DNA of 64,000 nt, taken from Malacoraja senta (Eukaryota). Below, in pieces: positions 12,528 to 24,009 of the stretch. Each line of letters opens with the position of its first letter. Position 1 is the first letter of the stretch. The notes beneath the pieces are model-generated. The model was not told where the DNA came from and did no database searches. It saw only the letters and a program-made list of their open reading frames with translations. Where the stretch lies: contig CM075980.1 in the NCBI GenBank assembly GCA_038087875.1, forward strand, positions 66,464,001 to 66,528,000, in the 5' to 3' direction. The position numbers were made by a program, and so were the translations under genes.

Positions 12528-13190
12528 ATGGCGTCAGGCTCGAGCTTTCCTGACTCTGCTCCAAATGGCGTCAGGCTCGAGCTTGACTCCTCTCAAAATG
12601 GACGTCCCCCTCCCTCCTTCCCTCCAAATATGCTTATTTTCTTTAGAGTGGAAGCATCTTTCTCTGCATTTAACATGTTCTACTCAACTGATGAAGTAAA
12701 GATCTTTTGGGCAATTCTAAAGCTAACTATAAGGCCTGTCTCACGAGTCTGTGGTCATTTATAAAATTGACTTTTATAAAACACATTCCTTTACTTTTGT
12801 TTACCTGAAATAACAATGGCGTCAGGCTCGAGCTTTCCTGACTCTGCTCCAAATGGCGTCAGGCTCGAGCTTGACACCTCTCAAAATGGACGTCCCCCTC
12901 CCTCCTTCCCTCCAAATATGCTTATTTTCTTAAGAGTGGAAGCATCTTTCTCTGCATTTAACATGTTCTACTCAACTGATGAAGTAAATATTTTTTGGGC
13001 AATTCTCAAGCTAACTATAAGGCCTGTCTCACGAGTCTGTGGTCATTTATAAAATTGATTTTTATAAAACACATTCCTTTACTTTTGTTTACCTGAAAGA
13101 AATGGCGTCAGGCTCGAGCTTTCCAGACTCTGCTCCAAATGGCGTCAGGCTCGAGCTTGACTCCTCTCAAAATGGACGTCCCCCTCCCTC
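12528..13190 (+). repeat. 288-bp tandem repeat in the Harbinger right subterminal region, containing internal left-TIR copies
   Basis: Units start at ~12528, 12816 and 13102. AAGGCCTGTCTCACGAGTCTGTGGTCATT at 12731 and 13019. Absent from copies 2 and 3. Confidence 0.9.
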
Positions 13191-14087
13191 CGTCCCTCCC
13201 GTCAAAGTCCGGGATCGCATGCTCGTTCGACAGGCCGTGCGATGGTCACCCGACGTACGTGCAACAAAAGCTTCTGGTAAGTCAACATTTTTTTTGTTGC
13301 TAGGATTTTTTTAACTTACCGCAAGCACGTGGGACCCGCCCTATTTGATTCACTCGGCCCCCGCGCAGCATCCGCGCGACGCTCCAGTGGATAGGCTCAA
13401 CGCTCTCGCCGTTGCCGCGCGGTCCTCGCTACCGGCGACACCGCGCTTCACCGCCGATGACCGCAAACAGGTAAGACAGAGCCTTTAATCACCAATCTTC
13501 CATTTGGTTGCGTATGGAACTGTTGCAATTATTCACTTCTGTATATCTTGTATGATTTTCAGGTGGAGGAACAGACACATTTAAGATCACATCACGTGTG
13601 ACAACAAAATTACTTTGCCAGGTCTGAGAAGTTATACAAGGATTATTTTTCGGGCTATTAGCTCAAAAGCCTGACGTTTCATGCTTTTCACTGTTTATTC
13701 ATGTGTACCTCAGTATTCTAGAACACGTTAATAGTAAGATTAAACGAGAACTTATCAGTTTGAAGTTTGATCTTTATTTTATGAGGAGTTACGATGAGGG
13801 ATTACGTGCCCTCCACTCCCAACCCTCTCTCATAAAGGTCAGGTGGTAGTTCTAGTTTCTCGAATCTTATTATATTCAGTTCAACAACTGTTATCTGTGA
13901 TTTCACACCGCTGCTTTGAAGATTGACGAGCATGCGGACTGGCGGGCTCTTCACGTATTCCCTCATCGTAACTCCTCATAAAATAAAGATCAAACTTCAA
14001 ACTGGTAAGTTCTCGTTTAATCTTACTATTATATGTTGTAAGTCCATAACAGACTGGTAAAGAAATTACAATTTCGAGCAAAAGATT

Positions 14088-14640
14088 ATGGCCCAAGAAT
14101 TGGGAGCTGTTGCTGAGTTACAGACAGCAGAGATGATCCTAGCAACAAAGGATTTGACTGTTGGTTTTGATGCAACCACCCAAGAAGAGACCCATATTAA
14201 CAGTGTACACTTCACCACCACAAATGAATGTCTTTCTGTAGCAGTCGATGAATTGGCTGGTGGGACTGCGCAACATATTTGCGATACTGTTGACAATTTG
14301 TGTGAAACTTAAACATTTCAATGAGCAAGCAGATTTCCAAGACACCAGGCAAAAGATGTTAGACAACATTACAAATACATTGTGTGACAGATGTGCAGCT
14401 AATCATGCTGCTATTAAGATTGTGAACAGTGAGGATAAATCTTTGGGAAGGACTGTCTAGAAGGAAATGTCATACTGCAGATGAAAAAACTTCGATACAA
14501 GAATGGAAAAGGGGACCCAAAAGGATTTGTTGCATTTTTGGATGAAAAGAACATCACCCGAGGTGTCCTCCCACGATACCGTGGCAACAGATTACATATA
14601 CCTTTCCATATTAGTGGCAACCTCATGTTAATATTGGTCA
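14088..14640 (+). pseudogene. Degraded DDE (hAT-like) transposase fragments
   Basis: ORF pieces 14088-14312, 14248-14460 and 14481-14675 carry candidate catalytic Asp motifs (GFDAT, CDRC). Confidence 0.55.
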
Positions 14641-14644
14641 TGAT

Positions 14645-14872
14645 AGTAGCGGCACCTGCTGGTGCTCGCAGGTAGTCAAACTCTGCGGTCAGGTGCCTCG
14701 GACATGTGACTGGGGAGGGGTTGTGTTTCGCGCGCTTTCTGGGCGATGCCCCTTTTGAGTCAGTCGTTCTGGACCACCGTTGTGGCTGGATCTGTTTATA
14801 CCGTCAGTTTAACTGTTTTGTTAATAAAATCGTTTTAACAATCGACTCTCATCTCATCCGCCAAACTATTAT
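14645..14872 (+). mobile_element. Possible degenerate solo LTR
   Basis: GTAGCGGCACC start, internal AATAAA and ..CCGCCAAACTA end resemble short Gypsy LTRs. TG/CA termini and TSD are not clear. Confidence 0.3.
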
Positions 14873-16232
14873 AAAATGGAGGATCTTTGCAACTGCAGGG
14901 CCTGCTTCGTCATTTTATGTGTAAAGCTGCAAGCCAGTGCCAGAAAGTCTAGGTCCTAGATTGAAATGTCAGATAAGGTGAGGTCCAGATGTCCTCTCTA
15001 TTGTTAAAATGTATGAGGACTCAGAGGTGTTGCAGAATCCAGTGTTCAGGATTGGCCGACTTCTAAAGGGTTGTAAATACTAATAATGTTGCAAGGTGTT
15101 TGTGTTAAAGGCCTGTCTCACGAGTCTGCGGTCATTGGCGGCGAAACGGGAAGAAACGGGAAGAATCTACCGCTCCTGGGCCGCCATAGACCACGCACTC
15201 GTGAGCACGCACAATTCCGGGGCCGTGCGGCGTTGTTCCCAACACCGCACGGTGCTAAAATAAAACCTACAGTTCAAAAATATTTTCCTACCGCAGCCTC
15301 CACCAGTGATGCACGAGTGCGGCACGGCCGCCGCCACAGTGGCTCGAGCGCCGTGCGTCGAACTTGCACCGCCACAGCCTCCGCCAGTGAGGCACGTGTG
15401 CGCCACGGCCGCCACCACAGCCACCGCTACAGCGCCGCGATCAGCACTACCGCCGCCACAGCCCCCGCAGATCCGAAATGACGTCATCGCAGTCAGCCCG
15501 CCCTTTTTCTTTGCTGTTCACGTCCAAACCACGCGAGATCTGAGACTTCAACAGTGTAGCATTTTTACCGCGTTTTTCAAACGGAGTATTTTGACAGTTG
15601 ACTAGCAACATGAAGAGAACAAGGAGTATAAAGAGATCGATGCAGGATAAAGTACAAAAGGTTATTATGGAAAAAATTCAGGTGCTGGAGGGTCCAGCCA
15701 CTGGCCCTGCCCCTGCCCCTGCTTCATTACCTGTCCCATCTCCTGCCTCAACTGCTTCCACATCTGCTGCCCCATCTGCTTCTCCATCTGCTGGCCCATG
15801 TCCTGCTCCAGCTTATGTCCCTGACTCAAGATTTTCTCTAACACACAGCTTGTGAAAGGTTGTGATTTGTTTTATATGATTTGTTTGGCACCGATACATA
15901 TTGATACGCTTATGTGTTTTGCCCACAGGCAAGGATGGAATACCGTCCTGTGACATACCCCTGGATGCCAGCCTCCCCCCCCCCCCACTATGTCAGTGGA
16001 CACACCCCACCGCCACATAATTCATCACGTGGCATGGATAGGCTAGGGAAAGCGAATTCCATGTCCAATTTGAGGTTCCCGAAGATGGCACAAACTCTGG
16101 CACCGAAGACGCACTTATATATTTAAGATTGACATGTGCCGTAGGAGTGACGTTGCCCCCAAATTTCACTGTTGTGCCTGCTTGTGTGTTGCACATTACC
16201 GTTTAATTCACTGTTTCTCACTACGTTATTTG

Positions 16233-17206
16233 TAGCAATGTTACAAAATTTTGAGATTTAAAAAATAAAGTCTGCAATTTATCCCATCAGATAAAGCATA
16301 AAAAGAAGTTTAATTTGACACTTAATTCACTTTCATATCTTCAGTATTAAAAAAGTTATGGCCATTATCATACTCAGAAGTTAGCATCTAGTTCCCTATT
16401 GCTTTTCCATTGACTTAACACAAAAGCTGTGATCGAGGACAGTTAAAAGCCCATAACTTTCTTAAAAATTATGATAACTGAAAGAAATTTTCAGTTATTA
16501 TAGATTGAAGCATTCTGAAACAAATATGAAACAATCTTACTTCGAAGACATGAAAGTAAAGCATATAATTAGTTAGTTACCTAATTGTAGCTAATTACAA
16601 AATTCAATTACTAGATCTAAACATCTATCAATTTCTTAAGAATAGATTAACATTTTTAAATAGCCTAAGTGTCCAAATAACATTCACACAATAATTCACA
16701 ATATATCATAATTTTTAAATCTAATTTTCATGAATATACAGGCCAAATGGAAGGAATTGGAATTTGGAACGTTGATTTGCGGTGAATTTAACCCCGTATT
16801 GGCATGAAAAATACTGCCGTTAATTCGGGGAATAAAATCACCGTGTCGCATGAAAAAATGTGAATTAAAGGCTTCTTAAGAAGCACTTTTATACATTTAA
16901 AGAAACCACTTTCGTTTACCTGTCCCATGCGTGAAATCCGTCCCCGTTATCGGCGTTGACGCTTCAGGAGCTGATTTTAAAATTACTGTAGCGCTGACAT
17001 TGACGATTTAATAAAAATTAAAAATTCACAAATTGCCACTAGGAACGATTCATCAGCCAACGCTTGTACTCCAACACAATAGTAACTAGGACAAGGGAGG
17101 AGAAACCCGCGTTTTAACCCCGCCCCCCCTTAAAGGCGCCAAAATCGCGCACACGGACAGTGGCAGAATTACAGAGCGACTGAAGGTAAGTTTTGTAACA
17201 TACCTA
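16233..17206 (+). mobile_element. Non-autonomous hAT-type MITE with 7-bp TSD TTATTTG
   Basis: TIRs TAGCAATGTTACAAAA / TTTTGTAACATACCTA. TTATTTG at 16226-32 and 17207-13, single in copies 1 and 3. Confidence 0.88.
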
Positions 17207-17707
17207 TTATTTGTTTGCTTTCACTAATGAACAATGTTCTGTTGAATTGTGTTGCATATTTAAAAAGAATTGCTTGTTTTTCAATATGTTAATTGTTTCC
17301 ACTAAATAAACAGTTTAAATTTAATATAGTATTGTGGAAAAAAGTGTCTGTTAATCATGGCGTAGATCTCTCATATGGAAACAACCTGAAATGATGGAAT
17401 GCATCTCACATACAAAAGCATTGATTTATCAGAAAAATAAAACACAAACAGGCATAGAATAGCATTGAATTGCAAAATTTTTCATTACAAGCCATGAAAA
17501 TCAAACAATGGCATTTAAGCCCTTTAAAGATCAGGCAATTTTTAAAAAGGTGATGTAGGTGGTACTATTAACACAGAATCAATAATTTCACAATGTAAAA
17601 CCATCCATCAACATACATAGATCGCACTTTTGTTAGATCTGGGGCCTTCATGATCGGGTACCTCTGCCGTGAAAACACAACCCTGACATCCCGTTTGCTT
17701 TTGATCC

Positions 17708-18940
17708 TCAAAACACATTGTCCTGCCAGGGTACACTGCCTCGCTCTGAGTTGTAGTAAGCACAGAGATGGTCCCTCAGCTCCTTTGCTCTTCTGTTGCT
17801 GGTGTTTCCTTGCAATGACCCTAGTGCCATCGGTGATGCTGGTCTTGCAGCTCTCCATGAACCTGGTGTGACTTCACCTGTCTGTTTGTCCATCGTGTCA
17901 CCCTCCACCAAGGCTGCAGACGCACCTCTGGTGCGGATCAGGTTATGGAGGACACATGCCGCGTAGACAATGGCCTGCACATTCTCGGGCTCCTGCTCCA
18001 TTGTTGTCAGCAGGCATCTGAATCTGCTAGCTAGGATACCATAAGCATTCTCCACTACCCTCCTGGCCCTGGACAGCCTGTAATTAAAGATCCTTTGCTC
18101 CCTTGACACCCCCCTGTGAGGGTATGGCTTCATCATCCATGGCCTGAGTGCGAAGGCATCATCACCAGCCAGTGCGTAGGGGATGTCAGGGTTGTCTTCT
18201 CCCGGCAGAGGTTCTGGATCCGGAAGGCCTGCTCTCCCTTCTTCCAATGCTTGCCCAAGGGAGGTCTCTCTCCAGATCCCTCCATCTGCGGCACTGCCAG
18301 GTGTGCCCACATTCACAAACATGAAGTTGTAGTTTGCATCTACCACAGCTAACAGCACGATGGAATGGAACTTCTTGTAGTTAAAGTACACAGAACCTCC
18401 CCCGGGTGGACACCAGATGGCCACATGCTTCCCGTCAACAGCCCCACATGTGTGCAGGAAGTTCCATCTGCTTTGAAAGCCGTGCGCCACACTCCTCCAC
18501 CCGTCTGGTGTAGTTGGGCAGTCAATAAGCTCATCATATGTTTTGTTGATGGCGTTACACGTCTCTCGGACTACACCGCTGATGGTGTTGTGAGCCACAC
18601 GGAAGTTATACGACAGGCTCTTGTAGGAATCCCCTGATGCAAGGTAGCGGAGGGTGATGGCTAGGCGCAGGCCTGGTTCCAGTGACTTCCGCATGACGGT
18701 GTCCATTTTCTGCAGTAGAGGTCCGACTCGTGTCTTGAGCTCCTGAAACAGGTCAGGCGAGATCCTGGTGAAATTTCTAAAGGCAGCATCATCTACCCGC
18801 TGCAGATCCGTCATCATGGTCTCATACTGGCCCAAAGTGGGTCTCATCCGGAACAAAGACCTCATCCACACAGACCTCTTCCTGGGCTTCTTCTTCATAA
18901 CCTTCTTTGTTGAACTGCTACACGGATGACCTGCAACCAT
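17708..18940 (-). CDS. Harbinger transposase copy 2 (410 aa; nonsense change upstream removes the N-terminal 21 aa)
   Basis: HTH LAITLRYLASG, GAVDGKH, GDDAF, RRVVENAYG. The upstream CAA codon is TAA in this copy. Confidence 0.88.
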   Translation of the reverse strand: MVAGHPCSSSTKKVMKKKPRKRSVWMRSLFRMRPTLGQYETMMTDLQRVDDAAFRNFTRISPDLFQELKTRVGPLLQKMDTVMRKSLEPGLRLAITLRYLASGDSYKSLSYNFRVAHNTISGVVRETCNAINKTYDELIDCPTTPDGWRSVAHGFQSRWNFLHTCGAVDGKHVAIWCPPGGGSVYFNYKKFHSIVLLAVVDANYNFMFVNVGTPGSAADGGIWRETSLGQALEEGRAGLPDPEPLPGEDNPDIPYALAGDDAFALRPWMMKPYPHRGVSREQRIFNYRLSRARRVVENAYGILASRFRCLLTTMEQEPENVQAIVYAACVLHNLIRTRGASAALVEGDTMDKQTGEVTPGSWRAARPASPMALGSLQGNTSNRRAKELRDHLCAYYNSERGSVPWQDNVF

Positions 18941-19865
18941 GACGGCTGCTGCTAAGAGAAGAGTATGTTAGTGTAGCAGCAATGCAATGTCAATGTCTTC
19001 CATTGTGCAGTAGTTTACAGGTCCTAATCAAGTTTGCTGCAAAATTAAGAGAAAGAATAAGTGTGAATATTCTGAAAAAGTTTACGTGGGGAGAGTTGAC
19101 ATGGACTTGACGTGGGCCAAAGGGCCTGTTCCTGTGTTATACTTGTGGTGTATGCCCCTTTAAGAGATATCATACACCTATTGTAATACCGGTAGCCACA
19201 AAAGGGGGCTTGCTTAGTATAAAAGCCCTGGTGGTAGTGTGAGCACTCTCTCTTCCTTTCCCCCTCTGAAACCATGATTAAAGGCACGTTGGTTTTACCT
19301 GATGGTTTCTCGATGGTTACTTAAGTATCTGACTCCAGTACTTAACAGTGGCGACGAGATTAAAGAACCCTGTCTTACCGACCTCGGCATCCTGAAAGAT
19401 CGAGTGGAGAACGCTCCCCGCACCCTCCCAAGGCAAAGAAGCTTGGTAGAGGCGGGTGTGTGGTTGAGGCTGGACTGGAGCTCCAAAGTTGTGAGGGTTG
19501 GGGCAAAGTGCAGTCAAGGGGGAGAAGTGACCTCGGAGAGCGGGCCCCAGGAACGTATTGGTAGTTGGGGTGAATACCGTCGGTAGTGCATAGTGTGCCG
19601 GTGGGGGTTTTCCAGTTTCAGCAGTTAAAGAGGCCTGTATACCCGATGGAGGCTGAAGAGACTGGTTGGAAACGGACCTAGAGGGTCCAGGAAAAAGAAA
19701 CGCTGCGAGAGAAGGGCACAGACAGGGCGGGAACCGCCATTTTTGGCACGCCTAAAAACCGGAAGAGAAGGGTGCAAAAGCGGGAACTGCCATTTTTGGC
19801 ACGCCTAAAAACGGAAGAGAAGGGTGCCATTTTACAAGTTTTACAAATTCCATTGAAGCTAATTG

Positions 19866-20616
19866 ATGAGCAACATGGCAATAAAAGGAAAATTTGGAAT
19901 CTTCGAGAGCAACTTAGAGACTTGGGACACATATTTGGAAAGATTTGATGTTTTCTGTACTGTTAATGATATAGCAGATGATAAGAAAGCTGTGAATTTA
20001 TTGAATTATATGGGTGCTAAGACATGGATTAGCAAAGGGGTTGTTACATCCTACAAAAGCTGCAAATGCAACATTTAAACAGATATCTGATAAATTAAAG
20101 GAACACTTGAATCCAGCACCATTGTTCTTATCTGAGCGTTTTGCATTTTATAAAAGGGACCAGCAGTTAGAAGAAACTGTGGCACAATTTCTGGCAGAGC
20201 TAAGAACATTAGCTGTATTTTGTAAATTTGATGATTTTTTAAATCAAGCATTACGGGATAGATTTATTTGTGGATTGAAAAGTGAGACTCTATTACAAAA
20301 ACTGTTAGCTGAGGGTGATATAGATTTGTCCAAAGCATTTACAATGGCTACGTCATTTGAGAAAGCCCAAGAGGGCGCGGCGGCCATACAACAGAAGAGT
20401 CCAGAGTTTGAAACCCATAAATTATTACCAAAGGCTGAGAGATGTGTCCGGTGTGGAAAAACCACTCACCATCAGAAAGATTGCTGGTTTAAAGATAAAA
20501 TATGTAATGGATGTGGAAAAGTGGGTCACATTGTACGGGCTTGTAGGTCAAAGAAGCCTGGTAGAAGTGAACACTATAGAGCAAGGACATTGGGGGCTGA
20601 GGCCAAGTTAGTCTGA
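19866..20616 (+). pseudogene. Gypsy gag (frameshift near 20030), two CCHC knuckles
   Basis: WDTYLERF, LRDRFICGL, CVRCGKTTHHQKDC, CNGCGKVGHIVRAC. Confidence 0.9.
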
Positions 20617-20650
20617 GGCCAAGTTAGTCCATGAAGTTAGGGAAAGTAGT

Positions 20651-23600
20651 GTGAGCAGCAGTTGTAGTGACTCAGACGTAGAAGCAAGAGAAGTAAGTTG
20701 CTTAAAGATTAAAGCAGTGCAGAATTCGACAGAACTGGATACAATGTGGGTAATGTTGACCATTTCAGGAGTTTCATTGAAACTAGAACTGGATACTGGT
20801 TCAGCGTTAACGGTGATAAATGAGAAGGATTATTATAGGTATTTTTCACAAGAACGGTTGCAGAAGACTAATATTGCTTTAAAAACTTATACGGGTCAAA
20901 AGGTTAGGCCAAAAGGAAGGATTGAGGTATCAGCCAAGTACAATGGTATGACAGTGAGGAATCTGTTTATATACGTGCTGAGGGAAGGCGGACGGCCATT
21001 ACTGGGTAGAGAGTGGGCTAGGAGACTGAAATTTGATTGGTCAACTATTCACTCATTAAAGCACAGGGAGCTGGGGTTAACAGGGCCCTTGCAAAGTAAA
21101 TTGGTTGAAGTAAAGCATAGGGAGCAGGGGTTAATAGGACCCTCAAAAAGTAAATTGGCTGAAGTGTTGGCAACAGCTCCAGAGGTGTTTCAATCAGGAC
21201 TTGGCAAGTTGGTTGGTATTCAAGCTACTATATCAATTACTGAGGGGTCTGCCCCCAAGTTTTTTAAACCTCGACCAGTACCTTTTGCAATTAGACCAGC
21301 AGTGGAAGCTGAATTAGATAACTTAGAGCAACAAGGAGTGCTCTCAAGGATAGATTGGAGTGAATGGGCTACACCTATTGTGCCGGTTATGAAAAAGGCT
21401 TTGCCGGATGGCCCGGGATTAGCACAGAAAGTACGTATTTGTGGTGATTTTAAAGTTACAGTGAATCCAGTGTTAAAAGTAGTACAATATCCATTGCCAA
21501 AGATTGATGAGATTTTTGCCTCATTGGCAGGAGGGCAACATTTTTCTAAAATAGATCTGGCACAAGCATATTTGCAGATGGAGGTAGAGGAAGATTCCAG
21601 ACATTACCTGACGATTAATACGCATAAAGGCTTGTATAGGTATAATAGGTTGGTTTTTGGGGTAGCTTCGACGCCGGCTATGTGGCAGAGAGCCATGGAG
21701 CAGGTGCTGCAAGGTATTCCTGGTACCCAATGTTACTTGGATGATATTTTGATCACAGGTAGGACGGTGGAAGAACACCTCTCCAATTTGGAACGGGTGT
21801 TGGGCAGGTTAAAACGTTATGGCCTTAGGGCTAACAAGGCCAAGTGTGACTTCTTCAAGGAACAACTGGCGTATTGTGGACATTTGATTGATAGACATGG
21901 GTTGCATAAATCACCAGACAAAATTGCTGCGGTGGTAAATGCGCCAGCTCCGGTGAATGTGTCACAGTTACGCTCATTTCTGGGACTGATAAATTACTAT
22001 CATAAATTTTTGCCAAACTTATCTGCTATCCTGTATCCATTAAATGGATTGTTAAAATCAGGGGTGAAATGGAATTGGTCGTTGGAATGTGTGAAGGCAT
22101 TTGCTGATAGTAAGGTCTTGATTACATCAAGGAAGGTGCTTGCACATTTTGATCCAGCAATACCAATTAAGCTGGCTTGTGATGCATCTCCTTATGGTAT
22201 AGGTGCAGTGCTTTCACATCAGTTTCCAGGGGGTCATGAACGACCAATTGCTTTTGCATCAAGGTCATTGTCCACGGCTGAAAAGAATTACGCCCAAATT
22301 GATAGGGAGGCTCTTAGCCTGGTATGGGGTGTTAAAAAATTTAATCATTACTTATATGGACAGAAATTTACATTGATTACGGATCATCAGCCGTTGGTTT
22401 CGATATTTAATCCAAAAAAGGGGGTGCCCTTGATGACGGCACAGCGCTTGCAGAGATGGGCCTTGTTTTTGGGTGCACATCGTTATGACATCCAGTATAG
22501 AGGCACAAAGTTGCATGGGAATGCAGATAGTTTGTCAAGATTGCCATTACCGATTGTAAGTGATGTACCAATGACTGATGTGGCAGAATTGTTTCATATG
22601 TCCATTTGTGAAGTGTTGCCAGTGGATAACAAACGTATAGAGCGTGAGACAAGGAATGATAGGACTTTCAGGGGTATATGATGTAACAGTACGAGGGTGG
22701 CCAGCGGAAGAAGATTCTCGGTTTCCTCAATATTCAGCAAGAAGAGAACAATTGTCTACGTGCAGGGGTACCGTGATGTGTGGTTCTAGAGTGGTGATCC
22801 CCCAAAAGTTACAGAAACAAATCTTGGAGGAACTACACGTTGGTCATCTAGGATGCACTAAGATGAAAAGTCTGGCTCGTGCATATGTATGGTGGCCAGG
22901 TATTGATGGCCAGATTGAGGAATTGGCCAAAAATTGTTCTGGCTGTCGGCTTGAGCAGAAGACACCTCCATTGGCCCCTATCCATCCATGGGAATGGCCG
23001 TCTGGTCCATGGAAACGGGTTCATATTGATTATGCAGGACCCTTTCAAGAGTCTATGTTCCTGGTGGTAGTAGATGCGCATTCGAAATGGCCAGAGGTTA
23101 TAAAGATGTCCTCGACTACGTCTCAGAAGACGATTGCGACGTTACGAACAATATTTGCAAGGTATGGTTTGCCTGAACAAATATGTTCGGATAACGGGCC
23201 TCAATTTGTATCTGAAGACTTTAAGAAGTTTCTGAAGACTAATGGCATTAAACACTATACGTCGGCACCTTATCATCCGGCAACAAATGGACTGGCGGAG
23301 CGTTTTGTACAGACCTTTAAGAAGGCGCTTAAAGCAATGAAACATGAGGATCTGCCTATGCAACATAAATTGGACAATTTTTTGTTCAACTATAGAAATG
23401 CGGTTCATGCTGTAACAGGTCAATCACCTGCGATGGTGTTTTTCAACAGACAGTTGGGTTCCAAATTGGACTTAGTTCGTCCTGATCTTAGAAGACAAGT
23501 GGAACAGAAAGTGTTCCATTGTGCACCTCAACGTCTTACCAGGAGTTTCCAGGTTGGTGAAGCTGTACTTGCCCGCGATTATAGAAACCAGAAATGGCAG

Positions 23601-24009
23601 CCGGGAGTTGTTGCGGAGGTACAAGGACCTCTAATGTATGCAGTCAACACGGCCGATGGCCAGATTCGCCGGCATGTGGATCAAATCGTAGTCTACTATT
23701 GCTCTTCATCTGGAACCTCGGTTAAGTGCTTCGGATCAGCCAGTATCAATGGGGGGCCAATGGTCGAATAAGGAATTGGAACCTATTGTGCCTATGTCTT
23801 GTTATCCTGTTCTAGCTGCCAAAGAAGCACCTATGCCTTCGTTGGATATTTCACCAGCTAAAGTAGCAGTACAGGTTCCTGACCAGGTGGTTGCAATACC
23901 AAAACAGGTGTTCCCTAGCTCGGAAAGGCGGTGTTCGCCTGTAGAATCTGGATTAAGACGCTCAACCAGAATATCAAGGCCGCCACAGAGGTTGATTGAT
24001 GAACTTTGA
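20651..24009 (+). pseudogene. Gypsy pol (PR, RT, RNase H, integrase), frameshifts near 22670 and 23720
   Basis: LDTGS, YLDD, CDAS..DH, HHCC, IDYAGP, SDNGPQF, GLAERFV. Confidence 0.95.

Larger units (their letters stand above)
6351..13484 (-). mobile_element. PIF/Harbinger copy 1, both ends present, TTA TSD
   Basis: Left TTA|AAGGCCTGTCTCA..GCGGTC and right GACCGC..TAAGACAGAGCCT|TTA form imperfect TIRs. Transposase on -, MADF gene on +. Confidence 0.9.
4403..14030 (+). mobile_element. DIRS element 1, degenerate, interrupted by Harbinger copy 1
   Basis: Left terminus ATTTTACTTCGGAGTCACG, shared with 38282 and 41523. RNase H/methyltransferase remnants at ~5420-6190 (QTDAS, VAYINHMG, LYVFPPF). 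ICR half at ~13730-13810 is complementary to the right terminus ..TCTTACTATT at 14030. Confidence 0.8.
3951..14640 (+). mobile_element. hAT-type (probably hATw, 7-bp TSD) transposon relic, split by nested DIRS/Harbinger/Gypsy
   Basis: Left end TAGGGATGTCATAAAATTTTGAG plus ~400 bp homologous to the MITE at 16233. After the DIRS ends (14030) there are transposase-like fragments: GFDATT, DELAGGT, CDRCAANH, YKNGKGDP..YRGNRLH. No right end found. Confidence 0.55.

Noticed and set aside
6349-13488. TTAA TSD suggesting piggyBac or Kolobok
   Set aside because: Ungapped TIR alignment gives a TTA 3-bp TSD, and the transposase is Harbinger type.
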